From Calditrichia bacterium (GTDB lineage Bacteria; Calditrichota; Calditrichia; RBG-13-44-9; J075), in NCBI GenBank assembly GCA_050633245.1, contig JBOEGD010000007.1, positions 187,624 through 251,623 on the forward strand: a stretch of DNA of 64,000 nt, written 5' to 3'. The stretch's first letter is position 1, and each line of letters opens with the position of its first letter. The translations under genes and the position numbers were made by a program. This document shows positions 30,249 through 38,713 of the stretch, piece after piece. A model generated the notes under the pieces. It had not been told where the DNA came from, searched no databases, and worked only from the letters and a program-made list of their open reading frames with translations.

Positions 30249-31616
30249 CTACTTATTCCTCAACTCGGCTTCATACGCCTGAACCTGCTCACGCGCTTGA
30301 TCTTCATCGACATAGTAGAAGATAAGACCTCCGGAGATAAAGAACAGCAGGATAGCTGCAAGGCTCCAGCGGCTTGCCAGGTTGGCAATTTCCTTCTCCG
30401 TCCCGTTGTAGTCTACAACATCCGTCAGTAAATATCTGACGAACAGTACGACAACCCCCATGATCAGCGGACCGATAAACACCGCAGACTTACCAATCAT
30501 ATTATAAAAGCCGAAGAATTGCCCGGCCTGATCCTTAGGTATTATTCGTGAATAAAATGAGCGACTAAGCGCCTGAATACCACCTTGGGTAAGTCCAACC
30601 ATTATTGCCAACAGATAAAATTCCGTTTTGCTTTTCATCTGAATGCCAAGGACGGTAATAGACATGTAGATAATAATACCGAGAAAAATTGCCTTACGCA
30701 CGCTCCAGGATTCACCCAGTTTCGCATAAATAATAGCTGCCGGAAAGCCGACAAACTGCACCAACAGCAGTGCTGTTATCAGGTCTTCCTGTCCAAAACC
30801 AAGCGATAAACCGTAATCGACTGCCATTCGAATAATGGTATCAACACCGTCGATGTATAGGAAATAAGCTAAGAGGAAAAGAAAAGTCATCGGTAACTTC
30901 ATTACATTGCGCAGCGTTTCGGCCAACTGTCCAACCCCTTCACGAACGGCCTGACGATAACTCATCCCGCCCTGCTCTGCCTTTTCTTCCTCTACCCAAA
31001 ACGCAAGAAACAGCGTAAACAGCCCCCACCAGAGCGCCACACTTATGAATGCGAGACGGACAGCCATCACACCATCACTGATTCCGAATGCTTCCGGGAA
31101 TAAATACATTAACACATTAATCAGGAACAGCAAGCCTCCACCGAGATAGCCAAGTGAGAATCCAAAGCCAGAAACAAAATCGACATCTTTTTCGCCGGTT
31201 ACCGCCGGAATCAGCGAGTCGTAGAACGAGTTACCTGCTGAAAATCCAACCCCGCCAATAACATAGAGCAGGGCTGCCAATTGCCACTGCCCTTGCTGCA
31301 CGGTAAAAAGCGCAGCGGTCATCAACACACCCAAATAAGCGAAGAACAGCAAGAATTTCTTGCGTGCAGATGCTTTATCAGCAATGGCGCCGAGAACAGG
31401 TGCCAGTAGCAGCACAATCAGGCCGGAGAGCGAATTGGCAAAGGCAAGATAGGCAGAGCTGTCGTTGACATCGACACCCGACGCCCAATAGCTTTTAAAA
31501 AAGATTGGAAAAAAACCGGCAATCACTGTGGTTGCAAAAGCTGAGTTCGCCCAGTCGTAAAGAGCCCATCCGTAAACGGGTTTACCGAGACTTTTCAGAC
31601 GTTTAAAAGAATTCAT
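30249..31616 (-). CDS. MFS transporter, UMF1/Atg22-like family
   Basis: WALYDWANSAF, FYDSLIP, GYLGGG, QALSRS, FFGFYN..GK. Confidence 0.88.
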   Translation of the reverse strand: MNSFKRLKSLGKPVYGWALYDWANSAFATTVIAGFFPIFFKSYWASGVDVNDSSAYLAFANSLSGLIVLLLAPVLGAIADKASARKKFLLFFAYLGVLMTAALFTVQQGQWQLAALLYVIGGVGFSAGNSFYDSLIPAVTGEKDVDFVSGFGFSLGYLGGGLLFLINVLMYLFPEAFGISDGVMAVRLAFISVALWWGLFTLFLAFWVEEEKAEQGGMSYRQAVREGVGQLAETLRNVMKLPMTFLFLLAYFLYIDGVDTIIRMAVDYGLSLGFGQEDLITALLLVQFVGFPAAIIYAKLGESWSVRKAIFLGIIIYMSITVLGIQMKSKTEFYLLAIMVGLTQGGIQALSRSFYSRIIPKDQAGQFFGFYNMIGKSAVFIGPLIMGVVVLFVRYLLTDVVDYNGTEKEIANLASRWSLAAILLFFISGGLIFYYVDEDQAREQVQAYEAELRNK

Positions 31617-31700
31617 GGAGGTCTGTATCCGAAAGTGGTCGCTTGTGAGAATCGTATTTGCATCGACAATATAAATGACTTGTGACGATTACCAACAGAC

Positions 31701-31740
31701 AAAAAAAAAGCCTTTGCAAAAACTAGCTTGCAAAGGCTTT
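31701..31740 (-). terminator. Intrinsic terminator ending the mglA operon
   Basis: AAAGCCTTTGCAA/TTGCAAAGGCTTT stem with T-tract on the - strand. Confidence 0.9.
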
Positions 31741-31765
31741 AAATATCTTTTCAGGAAGGAAAACT

Positions 31766-32350
31766 CTACAGCTGTTTTTGAACATGCTGCACAACGCCAT
31801 TAATAATCGATTTCAGGGTATCGAAAACGCCGGTTCCTTTTATTCCAACGGCTTCAAAATGAGGCACGTTAAAAAAGTTTAACTTCTTTTGGAGAATATC
31901 CAAAGACTCGGTATTCGGCAGGTCGCGCTTATTATATTGGATAACCCAGGGAAAGGTTTCCAGTGAATATCCCATCGACATAAGATTGTGTTCAAGATCT
32001 AGCAGGGTCTCAATATTGCCTTCCATACGGTCTTTTTGAGAGTCAGCAACGAACACAACACCGTCTACACCATTCAGAATAATCTTACGGCTGGAGGCAT
32101 AATAGACCTGCCCTGGTACCGTGTATAGATTAAACTTTGGTTTTTTACCCTTTATTCTTCCTACTTCGATCTGCATAAAGTCGAAAAAGATGGTACGGTC
32201 TTCTTTTGTTTTCAAAGTAACGAGCTCGCCGGTCAGGGAGGGATCCAGCTTAGTATGAATATACTCGAGATTGGTTGTTTTACCGCTCATTCCCGGGCCG
32301 TAATACACAATCTTGAGATTTATTTCCTGTAAAGCCCAATTAATAAACAT
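31766..32350 (-). CDS. mglA: MglA small Ras-like GTPase (Myxococcus/Thermus group 1)
   Basis: KIVYYGPGMSGKTTNL (G1), DRTIFFDF (G2 with Arg finger), LYTVPGQV (G3), YNKRD (G4). Start placed at ATG 32350. Confidence 0.95.
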   Translation of the reverse strand: MFINWALQEINLKIVYYGPGMSGKTTNLEYIHTKLDPSLTGELVTLKTKEDRTIFFDFMQIEVGRIKGKKPKFNLYTVPGQVYYASSRKIILNGVDGVVFVADSQKDRMEGNIETLLDLEHNLMSMGYSLETFPWVIQYNKRDLPNTESLDILQKKLNFFNVPHFEAVGIKGTGVFDTLKSIINGVVQHVQKQL

Positions 32351-32416
32351 AATAATTCTCACTTCAATTTTAGAGTTTCAGCTCCATTAAATTCCAGGCG
32401 ATCCGGCAGAAGAAGC

Positions 32417-32926
32417 TTACTTAAATGATTCATCCAGCATGTCGCCGAGCATGCTGCTGAAATCCTGATCAATAATTTTACCGGCATCATCACCTGCTTC
32501 AGAGGTATCGAATACAGTAAGCAGATTTTGTATGGCTTTCTTGGTATAGATTCGAACGAGTCCCAGCGTTACGCTGACGTCGAATACGACGACCAGAAAG
32601 AAGTTATCACCAACATTAGACAGATATACATTGCGCTTTTCACCTTCGTGAAACAGCAGCTTAAACTTTGCATCTTCTCCAACCAGTTTCGCCATCTCGG
32701 ACGTAGCGGCAAAATCACTAGCGGCCAGAGCAGACAAAATAGCGGTGTTAATATCATCTGTATTACCACGCTGGGTAATCAGCTGTCCGCTGATATCGGC
32801 AAGCAAAATAGTCGATGCTTTCGTCTTAGCTGCCAGTTCAGACAGAATTTTTGTTATCTCATCGAACTGCTTAGCAGTTAAAATGATCTGACGACTTCCG
32901 TCTTTCAACTTCTTGACTTGTACCAT
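32417..32926 (-). CDS. mglB: MglB roadblock/LC7 GTPase-activating protein
   Basis: LADISGQLI...LSALAASDFAATSEMAKLVGE...FHEGE...VVVFD..VTLGLVR with C-terminal helix; directly upstream of mglA. Confidence 0.92.
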   Translation of the reverse strand: MVQVKKLKDGSRQIILTAKQFDEITKILSELAAKTKASTILLADISGQLITQRGNTDDINTAILSALAASDFAATSEMAKLVGEDAKFKLLFHEGEKRNVYLSNVGDNFFLVVVFDVSVTLGLVRIYTKKAIQNLLTVFDTSEAGDDAGKIIDQDFSSMLGDMLDESFK

Positions 32927-32954
32927 GATATGAACTCTCCCTGAAATAGGTTGA

Positions 32955-33749
32955 CTAAAAACGGCCTATAGTCGATTTGGTTTTAAGCCGGGTAAGGCTG
33001 GTTTTAAGGCTTTCTTTCATTCTATCGATAGCAACTGCGAGCACCTGTAATTCATTTTTCGCCTTTACTTCAATCGGGGCGTTAAAATTACCCATGCTTA
33101 TCTCGTTTGCCGCCTCTGTTAACTTAATCACTGGTCGTGTCACCTGCACGGTAATCACTGCCAGGGCTACCAGAATAATAATCAGTGTTCCGATGGCAAT
33201 AACGGCACCGATTAAGAGCAGCGTACGATTAATCTGCTCATCGATAAACGATTTTCGCAGTCCAACGCGCACAAATCCGAGTAAACCATCCTTTATAGGA
33301 TAGGTAATATCGTATACTTCGCGCTCCTGTACTTTGTTTGGGGTCACCGAATACACTTCGCCGCTTGAGAAATCATAGTTCTCATAGATAGCGTTCGTCT
33401 CTGGCCCTGAAGACAGTTCCGCCGGAAGCTGCCCATTATAAGTGTCGGAAACGACTGCATAATCTGCATCTACTATCAATATATATTCATTACTTAGATA
33501 GTATCGGTATTTTTCAAGAATTTTCTTAAGTCCGACAACATCTTCTTCAATTAACTTTTCAGCGGCGAGCTCAGCTATACTCCCGGCGATAATTCTTCCC
33601 TGCTCTTCGAGGGATTTTTGCAGGGTATCGCCCAGAAAAGAAGAGGTAACTGCGATGATCACACCGCTAAAGACAATTGCACCAATCAAAATGTAAAGTG
33701 TAATCTTAAAGCGCAAATTGTTGAACAATCCTGTTGACTCTGCCATCAA
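32955..33749 (-). CDS. Two-TM sensor with HAMP domain and no cytoplasmic output domain
   Basis: TM1, about 140 aa extracytoplasmic domain, TM2, HAMP (TRPVIKLTEAANEISMGN...NELQVLAVAIDRMKESL), then a stop after a short tail. Confidence 0.85.
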   Translation of the reverse strand: MMAESTGLFNNLRFKITLYILIGAIVFSGVIIAVTSSFLGDTLQKSLEEQGRIIAGSIAELAAEKLIEEDVVGLKKILEKYRYYLSNEYILIVDADYAVVSDTYNGQLPAELSSGPETNAIYENYDFSSGEVYSVTPNKVQEREVYDITYPIKDGLLGFVRVGLRKSFIDEQINRTLLLIGAVIAIGTLIIILVALAVITVQVTRPVIKLTEAANEISMGNFNAPIEVKAKNELQVLAVAIDRMKESLKTSLTRLKTKSTIGRF

Positions 33750-34222
33750 ATCAATCCCTTTAGTTTTTGTAACATCTCTCGTTGAAACTCTATTCGTTTT
33801 TCATCATTGGAAATTTCCATGGTCAGCAGCTCGACCAGCTGTGGTAGCTGCCGTTTATCCAGATTGGCGCGGCTTCGCTTTAACTCACGCAGCATGTCAT
33901 CTACCAGGATTGCCGCCACCGGGCCAAGATAGTAGGTTAAGCGATACTCCAGTTCAGAAAATAGTTCGGCTGATACGTACGGATCGTTTCCATTGCTTTC
34001 CACCAGCTCGAGTAATCCGGCTTTTTCAAGTCGTTCAAAAAGCTCATGAGTCTCATCCATATTCAGTGCGAGGATTTCGCCAATCTGGCTCACGCTCTTT
34101 TCACCATTAAGCTGAGTAACAATAGCCCACTCCAGACTCTTCAGCTTCATTTCCGATGGCGAACGCTTGCTGTTTACGCGGAAGACCATGTTATCGTGGA
34201 TCGTTATGCCTGCCACGCTCAC
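33746..34222 (-). CDS. Hypothetical protein: winged-helix-like domain plus helical C-terminal domain
   Basis: EWAIVTQLNGEKSVSQIGEILAL...LFERLEKAGLLELV (wHTH pattern); LTYYLGPVAAILVDD... helical bundle. 4-nt overlaps on both sides. Confidence 0.7.
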   Translation of the reverse strand: MSVAGITIHDNMVFRVNSKRSPSEMKLKSLEWAIVTQLNGEKSVSQIGEILALNMDETHELFERLEKAGLLELVESNGNDPYVSAELFSELEYRLTYYLGPVAAILVDDMLRELKRSRANLDKRQLPQLVELLTMEISNDEKRIEFQREMLQKLKGLI

Positions 34223-34668
34223 TTCCCTTCCCGCATATTTTCCAGCATTATCTTCTCTACTTCATCGAGCCGAGCAGAATTTATATTGGTAAATTTCTGT
34301 TCGGGAAGCTTGCGAAGCGTCCTGCGCCATTTTTTCCCGTTGTCAATATCGTGTATCGCCACGTTCATTGCCATACGAATATGAGCAATTTCTACGGAAA
34401 GGCGTGCTATCACCGTCACATATAAGCGGGAGTGACTCCTAACGAAGACTAAACCGCGGTCGAATGGTAGTACTAATTCATCCATATCATATCGTAAATA
34501 CTCCAGCAAGCCAAAAATATGCTGAAAGGTTTCACCGGTTTCAACGAATACGCTGGGATTGTATTTCGGCGTATTCCATGAGTCGATAATCTGATTGCGA
34601 TTATCGTAAACCACCACAGCTTCGATGCCGTTAATTGCGATGAGTTCAGAAAATGCGTCTGTAATCAA
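34219..34668 (-). CDS. Hypothetical protein, probable divergent roadblock/LC7 fold
   Basis: INGIEAVVVYDNRNQII...ELVLPFDRGLVFVR...YVTVIA...VEIAHIRMAM follows the roadblock helix/strand pattern; translationally coupled. Confidence 0.6.
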   Translation of the reverse strand: MITDAFSELIAINGIEAVVVYDNRNQIIDSWNTPKYNPSVFVETGETFQHIFGLLEYLRYDMDELVLPFDRGLVFVRSHSRLYVTVIARLSVEIAHIRMAMNVAIHDIDNGKKWRRTLRKLPEQKFTNINSARLDEVEKIMLENMREGK

Positions 34669-35693
34669 AGTTTTATCCCCCGAAAGACCTGCCCCACCAG
34701 CTTTTGTGGGTCCAGCCGGGTAAGCTCTACATCGTAGCGATTTGCCAATTGCAGCACATCTTCGCTGATTTTGGCTAGATTAATACGTCTTGCTCGCCAG
34801 GTCGGCAGGCTTTTTAAAACGCGGTTGATTGCAATAACCATCCCTTGAATAAAGGTAGCATTGTGCAGCAGGCGGCGAACGGCGAATTGAGTTGCATTGA
34901 GAGTAATAACGCCACTGCTGGGGCTTAAAAATGGATAGTGATCTGCCAGTTCGGCACTCACCTTACTAAATGCCCCCTCAAAGCGATTCTTGCGAAACTG
35001 ATCGTTAACGAGCTTGCTTAAATAGTCAATCAGTTCTTTCCAAAAGGCCAGATAATTCTGATGCTGCCAGGGAATGAGAAATACATCTTCCTCGACAATC
35101 GTTGTAGGTTTTTTGGCGCGAAAAACTGAGACACTTGGCTGAATCATCTCGCCGATTGACTGAAATTTTTGATATACATTATCGCCCGAGGCCAATTTAC
35201 CGGAATTTGAGACAATCACGGCATCGGCCGGAATTCCTTCCAGATAGTAAACCGTCCCCTGCCCTTTTGTCCCGCTAAACTCTAAATCTACATAACCGGT
35301 TACAGAGTCTTTCTCCAGTAAATCAAAGATCTGACCGAGCGTATAATTACTCAATTCCTGGGCGGTTTTATACACCCGGGACTGAATCGCATATGCAAGC
35401 GCCAGAGCCACTTCGCTATTCAGCGCGTAGACTTCGATGGTCCCATCTTCGTCTTCAGCCTTTTCCATTAGACGAACAACGGCCTTCTCGTTGGTAAGAC
35501 GAACGTCATCTTCCTCTGAGTAAGCCTCGATCATACGTCCCATATCCATCACCAAAACGCCTTCATACTCCCAAAAGGTCAGCTTTACATAGCCACTGAA
35601 GCGGCTTTCTGCCTGTTGTTGAAGCAGCTGGTCGAATTTTGTAAACGACGTGCTGAGATTGCGATGTTTTTCTATACCTTGCGGTAGAAGCAC
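34665..35693 (-). CDS. Hypothetical protein with two PATAN/DUF4388-like (DUF2226-like) repeats
   Basis: Internal repeat FSGYVKL...GVLVMDMGRMIEA and VTGYVDL...GTVYYLEGIPADA. Confidence 0.6.
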   Translation of the reverse strand: MLLPQGIEKHRNLSTSFTKFDQLLQQQAESRFSGYVKLTFWEYEGVLVMDMGRMIEAYSEEDDVRLTNEKAVVRLMEKAEDEDGTIEVYALNSEVALALAYAIQSRVYKTAQELSNYTLGQIFDLLEKDSVTGYVDLEFSGTKGQGTVYYLEGIPADAVIVSNSGKLASGDNVYQKFQSIGEMIQPSVSVFRAKKPTTIVEEDVFLIPWQHQNYLAFWKELIDYLSKLVNDQFRKNRFEGAFSKVSAELADHYPFLSPSSGVITLNATQFAVRRLLHNATFIQGMVIAINRVLKSLPTWRARRINLAKISEDVLQLANRYDVELTRLDPQKLVGQVFRGIKL

Positions 35694-35704
35694 GGTGTTG
35701 CGCC

Positions 35705-36355
35705 TTATTTTAAGCTAACCTGTTTCAGAACTTTTTTAACCATTGTGGTAAACTCCGGCGTAATCACGCGATGGTCGGTTTGCACCACAATCAAGTTGGG
35801 TCGGAATTCGAATATAAAGTAGTAGCCGTCCCGCGTCCGCAGCTTCATAAACTGAAACATTTCGGAATAAAACAGATTCAGCATCTTCTTCAATTTATAC
35901 CAGATAAAGGTAAGTGCCAGAGGGTGAATAGCCTCTATTTTACCTTCTATTACCTGTCCGTTATAGTTTAAAACGAATACATTTTGAACATTTTTAAGAC
36001 CGGAGAGCAGCGCAAACAACTGCCTTGGAATGGGTGCAGTATGGGCTGTCTTCTCATCCATTACTCGCAACCCTTCCAGCACAACCGAATTCCAGGGCTG
36101 CATAATAGTCTGCGTTGGCGCATCGATATCGGCTTCGACCTTGAACTCGCCTTCTTCCAGAGAAAGCAATTCGTGCACAGCGCGTTCACCGACGAACGGG
36201 CCATATTCCGAATGCGTCATCGCGCCATTGGCGAAATAGATGGTGCCGGTTAAATCCATTGCCCGGACTGTCACGCGTGCTTTATTGCGCTCAATACAGT
36301 TTATCTGGATGATATTTGCCAGCCTAAGGTCTTTCAGATTGCCAACGAGGGCCAT
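35705..36355 (-). CDS. DUF4388 (PATAN-like) domain protein with roadblock-like C-terminus
   Basis: GNLKDLRLANIIQ...GTIYFANG..THSEYG..VGERAVHELL..EEGEF...SVVLEGLRVMDE is the DUF4388 pattern. The C-terminal NVQNVFVLNYNGQVI resembles a roadblock fold. Confidence 0.8.
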   Translation of the reverse strand: MALVGNLKDLRLANIIQINCIERNKARVTVRAMDLTGTIYFANGAMTHSEYGPFVGERAVHELLSLEEGEFKVEADIDAPTQTIMQPWNSVVLEGLRVMDEKTAHTAPIPRQLFALLSGLKNVQNVFVLNYNGQVIEGKIEAIHPLALTFIWYKLKKMLNLFYSEMFQFMKLRTRDGYYFIFEFRPNLIVVQTDHRVITPEFTTMVKKVLKQVSLK

Positions 36356-36358
36356 AGG

Positions 36359-36730
36359 TTATCCGAGTATCGTTAATACGTGTTGCTTGAGTTCGTGAAT
36401 ATCAAATGGTTTCTCCACATACCAGTCGGCACCCTTTGCATAGGCATCCTGCTTGCGTTCATCCGAACCATAAGCCGTTATCACCACGGCATGAAGCTCT
36501 TTGTTCAGCGCTTTCAGATGTGCCAGCAAATCGAGGCCATTGAGACCCGGCATAGAGATATCGGTTATCAAAATATCAAACGGGGAGGCTTCATAATGCG
36601 TAATTGCTTCTTCGCTGGATGAAGCGGTAACCACTTCACAGTCTATTGGGGCATTAATAAACGTTTGATAGAGGCTGAAGGTTAGCGTTTCTTCATCATC
36701 TACTATCAACAGGCGTTTTACCTCATTCAT
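36359..36730 (-). CDS. Single-domain response regulator
   Basis: LIVDDE, ITDISMPG (phospho-Asp), ITAYG, KPF; no output domain. Confidence 0.93.
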   Translation of the reverse strand: MNEVKRLLIVDDEETLTFSLYQTFINAPIDCEVVTASSSEEAITHYEASPFDILITDISMPGLNGLDLLAHLKALNKELHAVVITAYGSDERKQDAYAKGADWYVEKPFDIHELKQHVLTILG

Positions 36731-36766
36731 GTCAACATCCTTCTTCAGCGCAATCTTCCGGTAACT

Positions 36767-38002
36767 TTATTGTCTTGCCGGTAATGAGATTGTAAAGCGT
36801 GTACCTTCACCTTCCCTGCTACTTACTTCCAGCGTGCCTTCGTGCTCTTCAACGAGACGATTGCAGATGGATAACCCCAGTCCGGTTCCTTCAGGACGTG
36901 TGGTAAAAAACGGATTAAAAATTTTCTCCAGATGTTCGGGTGCGATTCCGCTGCCGCTATCCGAGATTTCAATGCGTATTATTGGCTGTTTTCCCGAGCG
37001 GGTTACGCCGCCTTTCCATTGCCGACGCTCGAGTGTCAATCGTCTTGCCTCAATAGCAAGAGCCCCACCATCCGGCATGGCGTCGATGGCATTGAGCAGC
37101 AAATTAAGCAGAATCTGCTCCATCTGTCCGCCATCGGCGTAAATCTGTAAACCGGCTTCAATATTTTCCTGCCAGTGAATTGCGTTTTTCTTCATCATCG
37201 CCAACAAGAGCAACCTCACGCCGCCGACCAGCTTCTCTACGCTGTGCTGCTGCATATCCGGACGCGAAGGACGGGCAAATCGAAAAAATTCATTTAACAG
37301 CTTATTTGAGCGATCCACTTCCCGAATTACCCTTTCGAGCAGTCCGCGGCGAGGATCTCCACTGTCGAATTGTTCTTCCAATACCTGTGATGCTGCCTTA
37401 ATTCCAGCCAGTGGATTTCGAATCTCATGCGCTATGCCGGCCGAGAGCTCGCCCAATAACGCCAGGCGCTCCATTCGGGTAACCTGTTCTTTTAACTGCT
37501 GTATCTCGGTAAGATCCCGAAAAGAAAGAATCAAACCTTCGAACCGATTATTATGATCATTTAGTGGAGACGCATTTATGTCTACGCGAATCTCACGACC
37601 ATCGCTGCAGGCAAATGTCGCATCCCAATCATCAATCTTATTGTCCGGCAACAGGGCCTCGGCAAGAAATCGATCGGCCTCTGCTCGTTCGGTAAAAAAG
37701 TTTTGCAGCCGCTTTCCCAACAGCCATTCCGTCTCGCAACCCAATAGCTTCGCAGCATTCTTGTTTGCAAAGGTGATTTCCCCTGCGCGATCCAGAGCAA
37801 GCAGCCCCAAATTAACGTTCTGAATAATGCTTTTGTGAAAATGGTATACCTGGTTTAACAGACGTTGCTGTGGGACAGAATCGCGGTGCGGTGAGCCAGA
37901 ATCCGCCTGCGCCGGTGGACTTGTTTCCTGATCGTTATCCCGGGGCTGCAAATTCAGCAAAGACAATATTTGCTTCTGCTTGTTCAATCGTGATGTCATC
38001 AA
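36767..38002 (-). CDS. Cytoplasmic PAS sensor histidine kinase (NtrB/AtoS-like)
   Basis: PAS (ITFANKNAAKLLG), H-box AHEIRNPL, N-box NLLLNAIDAM, DSGSGI, FFTT, GTGLGL. Confidence 0.93.
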   Translation of the reverse strand: MMTSRLNKQKQILSLLNLQPRDNDQETSPPAQADSGSPHRDSVPQQRLLNQVYHFHKSIIQNVNLGLLALDRAGEITFANKNAAKLLGCETEWLLGKRLQNFFTERAEADRFLAEALLPDNKIDDWDATFACSDGREIRVDINASPLNDHNNRFEGLILSFRDLTEIQQLKEQVTRMERLALLGELSAGIAHEIRNPLAGIKAASQVLEEQFDSGDPRRGLLERVIREVDRSNKLLNEFFRFARPSRPDMQQHSVEKLVGGVRLLLLAMMKKNAIHWQENIEAGLQIYADGGQMEQILLNLLLNAIDAMPDGGALAIEARRLTLERRQWKGGVTRSGKQPIIRIEISDSGSGIAPEHLEKIFNPFFTTRPEGTGLGLSICNRLVEEHEGTLEVSSREGEGTRFTISLPARQ

Positions 38003-38713
38003 TCTGCATTCCCGTTAAAGCACGCTGCCAATATAGAACATTTTTGCTCCAAAATAAACACATTTCTGCGTATTTATAGCGGTTCGATCAGGCAATCAAT
38101 TTGTTGATTTACAGGGTTTTACACTTGCTTTAATAAAAGATTCACCGGTGCCGCCACTACTTTGTAATAGTAGCGTGAGGCTATGGATTGAAACGGAGAA
38201 CATCTTATTCTCATATGATTACTGAATTCTAAACAGATTATGTTGCAAAATATCACACGCAAACCAGCGTTTTTTTTATGTTAAAAATGCAAACTTTAAC
38301 AAATCTCGTTTTTCATGTCATAAATTCTCACATTTATCCGATAATTAAACAGTAAACGCATAAAAAATGCGTAATCAGCGCAACCGGGGTGGATTTATTC
38401 ATTTTTTTTTGTCATATTGCATTCCTGTAACAGATTGACTTTCCCGATAACGCAGACTTCCGCATTAAAAGTGATATAACACTGACAGGATGACGCCCTC
38501 ATCTCGAACAACTGGTTCTTCTCCAGCGTCCTACTGTTATGATGTGTACCTGCTTAAGGGTTATGAAATACGAAAATTTAAATGTGCGCATGCGCATACA
38601 AGTCGGGTATTTGTACGCTAAGTTCATATTGCCTTTGCCCCTAAAGGTGCTGTCTGAACAGCTTTAGCGCATTACTTTTAGTCCGGAAAAACCGGTAGAT
38701 CAGGCAATTCGTC

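Noticed and set aside
38014-38032. TTGGCAGCGTGCTTTAA upstream of the PAS kinase as a sigma54 promoter
   Set aside because: No GC at the -12 position with correct spacing, and it is too close to the start codon.
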